From: Selaginella moellendorffii
Taxonomy: Eukaryota; Plantae; Lycopodiophyta
Direction of reading: 5' to 3'
DNA length: 11,688 bases
NCBI RefSeq assembly: GCF_000143415.4
Contig: NW_003314570.1
Coordinates: 1 to 11,688 of the forward strand
Under the pieces are notes generated by a model. The model was not told the DNA's origin. It did no database searches and saw only the letters and a list, made by a program, of their open reading frames with translations. A program made the translations under genes and the position numbers. This document shows, piece after piece, positions 1 to 8,164 of this stretch; positions within the stretch are counted from its first letter, which is position 1, and each line of letters starts with the position of its first letter.

Positions 1-458
1 CGGGATCGGTACGTATCCAACTTTGCTCTGTCCACGTGTTACTCTTCCAATTATAGGCTTTTTTGCACTAATCTTATTAAACATAAAAACTAGAATCAAT
101 AGTATAATGAAATTGTTTATTGATCTAAGTTTATCCATATAAAATTAATATAATGATGTAAAAATTAATAGTATTTAAAACCCTTTGTAGGAAAAGACTT
201 AAAAGACTTAAAAATGGTACAAATGGGACCTGGAAGACTTATGTCTATATAATATAATATATTATTTATTATATTATATCTAATAAATAGTTTATTATAT
301 AAATTTGAATACAAAGTTTTATAATTTTTATCTCTCCTACTAAGAAAAAAATTGCTTCACCATTATCAATACTATTTATATATTCCCATACCATTCCAAG
401 TGTCAATATAATATCTAAATCTCATTTGAGAAATAGTATCCTAAAATACACACTTATT

Positions 459-531
459 TAAATAAATAAATAAATAATGCAATCACAATGTATATGTATA
501 TATACATTTATTTATTTATTTATTTATTTAT
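459..531. repeat. Inverted microsatellite pair (TAAA)n ... (ATTT)n around a TA-rich near-palindrome
   Basis: taaataaataaataaata at 459-476, aatgtatatgtatatatacatt at 487-508, and (attt)n at 506-531. Confidence 0.85.
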
Positions 532-2039
532 GGCTCACTTATCCATTTTTAAGCCATTCAAAATTTAAAAGCTTATTGTAACATTATAACCTAAACATTT
601 CCACTCTAGTATTTTTCCTAGTAGTGCCATATATTATTCTACTTGTTATTGCAAATGCAGGCCATGGTAGTAGTTGATTACATCTTTATTCTTGGGATAT
701 TCAGACTTACAACCTGGTTAATCTGGGTTGTAATGGACTTGATTTATGATATAATTCCTATCAAGTCCATCCTTGTCATGGATGGTTAGCTTTGCAATAG
801 TGTTTTCAACACCCAGATTGACAATAGGTTTTGCTAGGATTTTGCCATGCAACTTCATCATAGAACTAATAGCACTCTTAGGATTAGTTTTCTTTGCCAT
901 TGAGAACAGTATCTTTAATGTGACAGTACAAATGACATCATAGTGTGTTATAAAGAGAAGGTTGATAGGGTGTAATAGATTAGAGTTGCAACGTGCCTCC
1001 ATCCATGTTTATGTCATGGAAAAACTAAGGAAATTTGCAAAGCTTTCATTGTACCTTATAAATAGTAATGATAGTCATATGGTGTCAAACTCAAGGCATA
1101 TGATACTTCAGCAAGATTTTATATTGATTCCCGACTAATAAGGTGTCTGTGGCCATCAAAGGCATTTGCATGGAGTAATTTAAATCAGAAAATAATACAT
1201 TACCCTAATTAAGCTAGGACTTTTACTAGTACTTCTTAATTTAAAGTGATATTTGCATCAGGGTAAATATATTCTTTTAGCTGGATATTCATCTTGTACT
1301 TTTTCCACTAATAAGCAAAGTGTTTATAGATATATGGACTTGTAACTCAACTAGCAATAGGTAGCATTTCCAGAAAATGCATTATCATAAAGGTATGACT
1401 AAATGAAAGATTCTTTAATAATTTTAAACTTGGTCTCACTCATTGAAGCATTAGTGCTTGAAAGAGAACATACTCTAATAATAAATATATTTATATACTA
1501 GTGCTTTAATGACCACTATATTGGTTGTTTCCTTCATATCCAGGATTTAAATTTAATGTTGATGACCATTGAGTCATGATGGCATCTTTTATAATCATAT
1601 AGCTTTATTTTGTGAGGTTGTTAATTAGCAACAATTTGACTATTTTGAATGGTGTGATTGATTCCATTGCCGATTATGGTTTCTAACACTATAGTGGTAG
1701 AAATGCTTATCCAACCAATTTAAAAACTTTTTAAACATAAAATTAAAGAAATTTTAATTTAATTTATTTTATAAGAAACATATTTCTCATAATAAATTAT
1801 TATCTCTAAACATGTTTGGACCATTATATACTTCATTTTCATGCCTAATAACTATATATGATTATTTTAAAAAATAAGCATATAAAAAATGTTTCATGTC
1901 AAATCAAGTGACATAACTAGAATTGCTAAAGATTACCTTTAAATTATTGTCCTTCATTTTTCTGCATTTCATCAAATTAAGCTGTTTATAGATCCTAAGA
2001 ATATTCTGATTCTAGAATATTCCATCTTTATTGATTGCG

Positions 2040-2575
2040 CCTCCCCCTAACTACCACATAAACATTTACTTGTTGAATTTGTCTCAAGCTAGTGCCTTAG
2101 TCAAAATAAGCTAAGGTGTCTAAGAAACCTGTTCATATGGTCATACCACACCCTAGGAGATTGCCACAAACCATAGAATGTTTTCTTGAGATGACAAATA
2201 AAAGTTTCTCTTGCTAGATGAAACCTTCTGGCTGGGAGACAAAAACCTCCTCTTTCAACTCACTATGAATAAACATGTCAAGCTATTGAACTTCAAGATT
2301 CTAGAGAGCTGCAATCTAGAGAAAAAGTTGAATGAATAGCATCTCCATCATTAAGAAAATGTTTATAGGAAATCAACTCCCGCCACCTTCTCTATCTAAA
2401 AAGCACCAATGGCATTGAGCTTAATTTGAATACCCATTTAGTGCTAATAACCTTTCTACTTCTTAATAACGGAATTAAATCTCATATCTAGTTTTTCAGT
2501 AGCAACTAGTGCTCCTCCATGGCTACTCACCATTTTTTTACCTCTAGAGAAGTAGGATAGACTTTAGTTCAATCA
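2040..2575 (-). mobile_element. Degenerate, internally deleted Ty1/copia LTR-retrotransposon fragment (RT N-terminal half, RNase H tail, PPT)
   Basis: Minus-strand translation across frameshifts gives KKW*VAMEE..LKN*I*DLIPLLRSRKVISTKWVFK (~2545-2425), GVDFL*TFS, IAAL*NLEVQ*LDMFIHSELKEEVFVSQPEGFI (to 2217) and ICHLKKTFYGLWQSPRVWYDHMNRFL (2199-2120). These are RVT_2 motifs (KWVFK, QLD..AFLHG.L.EEVYM.QPEGF, LKKSLYGLKQSPRAW). ILTKALA*DKFNK (2107-2066) matches the copia RNase H C-terminus and is followed by the purine tract AGGGGGAGG (2048-2040). Confidence 0.9.
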
Positions 2576-3708
2576 AATCACTATAAGCAACAAAAAATAA
2601 TGATTTAAGAGATGGTTTATTAGGGTTTAAATTTAAAATGAAGGCTTATGAATAAGAGTGCACCCTTTTTCTCAATTAGTTAAAATACATAGAGTTATGC
2701 ATTCTTGGGTTTGATTATTAGGATGAAAGCAAAGATGAACCCAAGAATATTCATAAAAATATCCAATGATAGTTATAGCATATTTTGGATTTAGATAATA
2801 AGTTAGTTTTGATCCCATATGAGTTTTGATAAGAAGATATTTTATAACCAAAATAGTTATAACTTATTATCATTGGAGAATTTACAATATCTAAAGTCTA
2901 AGAGAAGCTCAAGGGTCAAGCCATAGAACTTCTATAGCTGAGTTGCTAGTAATGTAGAACATAATAGAGCTAATAGAGATATAATGGACATCTATGAATA
3001 ATGTACTCTCCACAAATATAAAGACCTCAAGCCCATTGTCTTAGTTTACCTTTGTTTTTATTTTTAATATTTTTTTTGCATTTTTAGTCCTTTCTCTTGC
3101 CTTTTTCCCACTTTCTTTTGAGTTGAGTTCTTTAATTCAAGTTAAAAAAATTTAAGCTCTTACTTTTTTGTTCCTTTTTTTGTTTATTTTTTGTTTATTC
3201 TCTTTTCAATAGTCCTTAGAAGGTATTATGTTAGAGTCACTTCTAGCATCTTGGCCTTGGGTTCTTAAGCAAAACAATTTTTGATGCATTCCTCTAAGTT
3301 CTGATTCCAAAATATTTAATCTTCATGTATAAAAGTAGTGTTTGAGTGTGAGAGAGAATATTAAATGCATTTGCACATGTACATGAGATAGGGTTAAGGC
3401 TAACACTTATTTTTCTTAAAAAGAAATTTACAATTGTTTGATACATTTATAAGGACACTTTTGGACCAATATCCACAACTAACATTTAAGAATGGATGGT
3501 TTGAAATATTTGACCACATAGATGAATAATTTTGCTAGCTATAATGAAGAAAAATCTTGGTTTAAATTACTATAGCCCAAGAAAATATTATGAAAGTAGA
3601 TATACAAAAATATTTATTATTATGACATTTCCTAAATTAATGATGCAAGATGACTCATATGAAAGGGATATGGTTTAGAAAATATTTAGAAATAAAAAAC
3701 TGAAATGT

Positions 3709-3812
3709 TGTTAGACACCAAGTCAAGATAATAGGATAAAGAAAGGGTCCTACAATCAAGTGATCACCCCTTTAGCCAGTTGGCTTAGGGTGTAAGGGAT
3801 AGGATCCTAATA
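3709..3812 (+). repeat. 5' LTR of TRIM
   Basis: 104 bp; ungapped alignment to 3985-4088 gives 91/104 identity. Confidence 0.93.
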
Positions 3813-3984
3813 TTGGTATTGGAGCCCAGTTCAATTCTCATGGCTAATGAGTGGGGCAAGAATATTCAACATGGTGGATCTAGAGGGAGAATCAAAGTTT
3901 GGTAGACCCTAAAAGAAGGACCATAATGACTAGAGGGTGGCCTAAGTATAATCGTAAATGATCATTCCCTAATGAGGGGAGGAT

Positions 3985-4088
3985 TGTTAGGCATTAGATT
4001 AGGATAATAGGATAAAGAAAGGGCCTTACAATCAAGCGATCACCCTTTTAGCCAGTTGGCTTAGGGTGTAAGGGATAGGATCTTAACA
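3985..4088 (+). repeat. 3' LTR of TRIM
   Basis: 104 bp with TG...CA termini, immediately after the PPT. Confidence 0.93.
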
Positions 4089-5167
4089 AATGCTAACAAA
4101 GAAGTTAAATTACTTATATATTTTAGATATATTCCAATCTTGTACTTAATGTAAATCCCTTTCTACTTCATATATTCTTTCATTTTATAATCTTGAAATA
4201 ATTATTAAATAACAATAGTTAATCTCATAGTGAGTGATATAACACCCACTAATTCTCTCTTTTTTTAGTTCTTATAAAGTTGAATTTAGGAAAGATTTAT
4301 AATAATAGCTTATACATTACTATATTAAAGTTGAAGAATATATGAAGGTGAAGGATTTGTAAAAAAATATTAAGAAAAATTATTATACTTTCAATAGACA
4401 GTATAAGTATTTGCTACAAAGATTATGTAATTGCTATTAGAGTTAATATATAGTAAATGTAAAGATAATGAAGAAAATGAGAATGTTATGCTAAATATTT
4501 TAATTGGAATTTTATGCATATAGTTAAAAAATTATTTGTTAATGTTTGGATAGAGTGTTTGCAATAAATAAAAATAGATGGTTTAAGTGTCTCCAAATTA
4601 ACAAAAGAGTATTGTTATTTTAAATGAGAAGTTATAGGTATTGATGCTTAAAACTTTTAATTATAAATTCTTATACCTTTCCCTTTATAAGTGTAAAAAC
4701 TATTAAAAAAACTTATACCTTCTTTATGATAAAGATAAGAATGTTTTTTTTTTGGATGTTATCATTTTTAGGATGGTAATTTCTCAACATTTTTGGAGGG
4801 AAAAATTGAAGAATTTTGATCAAAATAATACAAACATTAACTTTTAATACAAATACTATTATATAAAGTTTTAACACAATCAATATTAAAATGAAGAAGT
4901 ATTTTACATAAAGATTTTTGAATCTTCTTATTCACTATTTATTACCTTAACTTAAATGTCTTTATTTGACATCAAACGAGTAATAAAAGTGTTTTTTGGG
5001 AAATTTTTTATATATTAAATAATGTTTTTATCTTTAATTTCTACTTAATACATTTCCAGATAAAGAAGATTTATAAATTATGATGGGCTAGCAATAAGGG
5101 CTGTAAAGGTCATGGCCCCAAGTCATTTGGCACATAGTTCGGTACTCATTCTCAAATTGCTCAAGGC

Positions 5168-5205
5168 ACGAGAAGGTCGGCACAGATTCGTGCCGACCTT
5201 CCCGT
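5168..5205. repeat. GC-rich inverted repeat (hairpin) carrying two opposed GCCGAC (DRE/CRT-core) motifs
   Basis: GAAGGTCGGCAC (5172-5183) and GTGCCGACCTTC (5190-5201) are perfect 12-bp arms with a 6-nt loop, extendable to 16 bp with one mismatch. A regulatory role is inference. Confidence 0.8.
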
Positions 5206-5596
5206 TCATCATCCCTTAGATGCCGTATAAGCAAATAATGAGGAAGATTAAAAAGCGAGTGTTGCTAGTGGTTCTCTCATTGGTGGAGATGCTGGTTTTA
5301 AGAACTTTCAACTCCATTACTTAGACGACTCACGAGTCTGTTTCTCTTTTACTTTCGATGTGATGCGGAGCCGCGGACACGTTTGTCCATTTGATTGCTT
5401 TGACAGTACTCGAACCTTCAACCTGCCGGCTGTTGCCCTAAAAGGGCTTGGGAATGGCGCCCTAGGTCGCGCTGGAGCGCAGCGGCGGACAACTCCAGGT
5501 ACGTGATCAGTCCTCTTGACGGCCGAATTCCCCAAGATCCAAGGCTGAATTGACGCATTCTCTGGCCAGGAGCTCCAGATTTCAGTGCTCGCGGCC

Positions 5597-7552
5597 ATGG
5601 AGGGGACGCAGAGGCTGAGGAGGGGCGACACCTATGGGAGCTGGACAGTCCTCGGCGTCGGCCTGGATCGAGAGGGCGCCCTCGCCAAGCTTAGGGGACT
5701 GGAGATGCGGCACAAGCGTTGCGAGAGCCCCACGACGACGCTCTCAATTGGCATGGAGAGCTTGGGCGACAGTGGATCTCCGGGCGAAGCCGCCGCTCCT
5801 CCCCCTAGCCTCAAGAAGACCCTCTCCTGGAGCAACTTTGACAAGCTCTCGAGCTCGCCCGTGAGCATCAAGAGGAAGAGGGACGCGGCTGGAAGCTGGG
5901 AATTTGGCGAGCAGGAGATCGTCCTGGCGCTTGGGAGCTCGCCCCCGGCTAGACCCAGCGTCGCTCTGGGTCTTGGGCAGGCCGACAGTGGGAGTGGCAG
6001 CGGCAGTGCGTGCTCGCCATCGATCACTACCGAGTCGGACATCGGCTTGAAAAAGTTCTCGGTTTCGCTCCCTCAAGACTCGCTGTCGCTGAGACTCTCG
6101 AGAAACTCGGACGAGGACAAGGATGGTGGGCTCTTCCTGGGGATCAAGAAGGTTGTGGACGAGGGATCGTCGTCGGCTCGCTGGATCAGCGCCGGCGGCG
6201 TCATGCCCGGCTTGCTACGGACTCAGGCATCTCTCCCGGAGCAGGAAGAATATCACTCTCACTCGGAGAACGATCCAGACCTGGACATCGACGTGAGGAC
6301 CGGTGCCGGATCTGACAAAGCTCCCAAAGCTTGCAAGTTCGCGGGGTGCGGGAAGGGCGCTCGAGGAGCCTCGGGGCTGTGCATTGCTCACGGTGGTGGC
6401 CGCCGCTGCCAGAAAGATGGCTGTAGCAAGGGAGCTGAGGGGAGGACCGCGTACTGCAAAGCTCACGGAGGTGGACGGCGGTGCCAGACTTTGGGCTGCA
6501 CGAAGTCCGCCGAGGGAAAGACGGACTTGTGTATCGGGCACGGAGGTGGCCGGCGCTGTGCCTACGAGGGATGCACCAAGGCTGCCAGGGGACGCTCCGG
6601 CCTGTGCATCAAGCACGGCGGCGGGAAGAGATGCCAGCACGAAGGATGCACCAAGAGCGCCGAGGGGCTGTCCGGCCTTTGCATCTCTCACGGTGGAGGG
6701 AGGCGCTGCCAGGTTCCCGGCTGCACGAAAGGCGCTCAAGGCAGCACCATGTTTTGCAAGGCTCACGGCGGCGGCAAGAGGTGTATGATCGAGGGCTGCG
6801 GCAAAGGTGCCGAGGGGAGCACTCCGCTTTGCAAGGGACACGGTGGTGGAAAGCGGTGTATGTTCGAAGGTGGCGGGATTTGTCCGAAGAGCGTTCATGG
6901 AGGGACGCAGTTTTGCGTCGCACACGGCGGCGGGAAGAGGTGCGCGGTCCAGGACTGCTCCAAGAGTGCGAGAGGGAGGACTGCCTTTTGCGTCAAGCAT
7001 GGCGGAGGGAAGAGGTGCAAGACGGAAGGATGCGGCAAGAGTGCTCAGGGGAGCACGGACTTTTGCAAGGCTCACGGGGGTGGCAAGCGGTGTACTTGGG
7101 GACAGGAAGGCTCGCTCTACGGACCCCGGGAGGGGAGCTCGGAGCTGTCCAAGGGGCCGTGTGACAGATTTGCGAGGGGAAAGCTGGGACTTTGCGCGGC
7201 TCACAGCTCGATCGTGCAGGAGGAGAAGGCTAGCGGGCTTGCTCCGGGGCTGTTCAAGGACTTGGTGTCGCAGTCGAGTTCCGGCAGCATCGTCTACCAG
7301 TCTACTGCTCCAGCGTCCTCCTCGGTTGTTCTTGAGCAGCAGAATCACTACAAGTTTCTACAGGAGGGCGGAAGCGGCGAGATCAACAAGTGCTGGAGCA
7401 CGACGATCCAAGAGCAGCAGCAAGGATTCCATCATCCGGTGGTGGTTCCAGTGGCGACCAAGAGCTTGTTCGTGCCTGAGGGAGTTCCGGAGGGGAGAGT
7501 TCATGGAGGGGGTCTCTTGGCCTTGCTGGCTCAGCAAAGAAGCTCTGGCTGA
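5597..7552 (+). CDS. WRKY19-like zinc-finger repeat protein (plant 'HGGG' / loricrin-like family), 651 aa, single coding exon; no WRKY domain
   Basis: The first ATG is at 5597 in strong context GCCATGG (the ORF track starts at the upstream GTG 5585). There are 11 units of C-x4-C-x10-C-x2-H(-GGG) at 6332-7204, with longer first spacers in units 8 and 11. It carries the family-typical C-terminal PEGRVHGGGLL motif (from 7487) and a basic KRKR (5870-5881). Confidence 0.92.
   Translation: MEGTQRLRRGDTYGSWTVLGVGLDREGALAKLRGLEMRHKRCESPTTTLSIGMESLGDSGSPGEAAAPPPSLKKTLSWSNFDKLSSSPVSIKRKRDAAGSWEFGEQEIVLALGSSPPARPSVALGLGQADSGSGSGSACSPSITTESDIGLKKFSVSLPQDSLSLRLSRNSDEDKDGGLFLGIKKVVDEGSSSARWISAGGVMPGLLRTQASLPEQEEYHSHSENDPDLDIDVRTGAGSDKAPKACKFAGCGKGARGASGLCIAHGGGRRCQKDGCSKGAEGRTAYCKAHGGGRRCQTLGCTKSAEGKTDLCIGHGGGRRCAYEGCTKAARGRSGLCIKHGGGKRCQHEGCTKSAEGLSGLCISHGGGRRCQVPGCTKGAQGSTMFCKAHGGGKRCMIEGCGKGAEGSTPLCKGHGGGKRCMFEGGGICPKSVHGGTQFCVAHGGGKRCAVQDCSKSARGRTAFCVKHGGGKRCKTEGCGKSAQGSTDFCKAHGGGKRCTWGQEGSLYGPREGSSELSKGPCDRFARGKLGLCAAHSSIVQEEKASGLAPGLFKDLVSQSSSGSIVYQSTAPASSSVVLEQQNHYKFLQEGGSGEINKCWSTTIQEQQQGFHHPVVVPVATKSLFVPEGVPEGRVHGGGLLALLAQQRSSG
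6332..7204 (+). repeat. Coding tandem repeat, ~75-nt (25-aa) period, 11 C3H zinc-finger units
   Basis: Recurring (K/R)RC....C.K.A.G....C..HGGG in the translation. Confidence 0.92.
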
Positions 7553-7838
7553 GAGAGAGCTCCCAGGAAATTGGTTTGCCTTCTCTTGCGATCGAACGGG
7601 CGAGCGCGACGTGAGAGGTTTGTAATTATATTCATCTTTGCATTGGCAGCATTGTCCCTGTACATAGATCCCACGTCCCCTTGCAGCGAACCATACGAAA
7701 TGGAGCTGTGTTTTTAAAACCATATAGAGATATTCCTGATGTAAATCTTAATAATGTACATAACTGTTTAATTACTAAACTCATTTGATTAATTTGATTA
7801 ACTAGTGCAGTAAAAAAAACGAATTAGGTTAGAAATGC

Positions 7839-8050
7839 TAACCGTTGGATTTGGAGGGAGTTTCAACACGAGGAGAATCTAACGCTCCAGGTGCTTGGAT
7901 GCGGCGGGGCTATAACTTCCGTGCTGTCGTGTTTAGATGAGATTGGACGAGAGGTCACTTTAGGCTGGGTGCATTGCAGCCTCTTATCCCATCCCTTCGT
8001 CATCCTCGTCTCTTTCTTTCCTCTTTCAAGTCCTTGCAAAATTTCTCTTT
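7839..8050 (+). promoter_or_regulatory. Putative promoter / 5' leader of the AGPase gene
   Basis: MSA-like TCCAACGGTTA on the minus strand (7839-7849), TATAA (7911-7915), I-box-like CTTATCC (7983-7989) and a pyrimidine-rich patch (~7980-8050). These are short motifs supported only by position. Confidence 0.4.
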
Positions 8051-8164
8051 ACGCCGGGGTCGGAGGGTAAAAGTGTGCCCGTGAATCACAAATGTGATTC
8101 AAATGGGCTACGTTCTTGGCTTCTAGGGTTTGGGCGATCGGTCAGAGAAGAAGAGGGGAAATCT

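Larger units (their letters stand above)
3709..4088 (+). mobile_element. TRIM (terminal-repeat retrotransposon in miniature), non-autonomous, 380 bp
   Basis: Two 104-bp direct repeats (3709-3812, 3985-4088) start TGTTAG and end CTAATA / TTAACA. PBS-like TGGTATTGGAGCC at 3814-3826 (initiator tRNA-Met consensus TGGTATCAGAGCC, 2 mismatches). PPT GAGGGGAGGA at 3974-3983. 5-bp TSD AATGT (3704-3708) / AATGC (4089-4093). The interior is 172 bp and non-coding. Confidence 0.93.
45..5080. other. AT-rich, CpG-depleted transposon-relic block (likely methylated island)
   Basis: By eye only about nine CG dinucleotides occur between 60 and 5080, against four in the first 36 bp and abundant CG after 5140. 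There are no intact long ORFs. The block contains a copia relic and a TRIM. Confidence 0.8.

Noticed and set aside
32-52. G-box CACGTG (33-38) and a Stowaway-like TACTCTTCC start
   Set aside because: No gene context for the hexamer within the window and no matching terminal inverted repeat.
192-213. AAAAGACTT tandem duplication (similarly CTTATACCTT twice at ~4670-4722)
   Set aside because: Short slippage-type duplications expected in AT-rich DNA.
3709-4088. Direct repeats as a CRISPR array or simple tandem duplication
   Set aside because: Only two 104-bp units; PBS, PPT and TSD identify an LTR element in a eukaryote.
4094-5080. Remaining AT-rich sequence (also 1480-1890 and 3330-3700) as specific TE families
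   Set aside because: I could not recover any protein motif or terminal structure by eye; left unassigned.
5168-5220. Hairpin as a Helitron 3' end
   Set aside because: No CTRR followed by T at the expected distance on either strand (nearest is CTTAGA), and no 5' end was identified.
5585-5596. GTG start given by the ORF track
   Set aside because: This is a eukaryotic gene; ATG 5597 has optimal context. The same applies to GTG 8075 versus ATG 8165.
6215-7348. 377-aa antisense ORF, plus alternative-frame ORFs 6303-6788, 6481-7164, 6807-7625, 5632-6042 and 5744-6076
   Set aside because: These are shadows of a GC-rich repetitive coding region with few stops, and they show no recognisable motifs.
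8104-8131. Site II (TGGGCT) plus telobox (TAGGGTTT) module
   Set aside because: Single short matches overlapping a probable intron acceptor; not distinguishable from chance.
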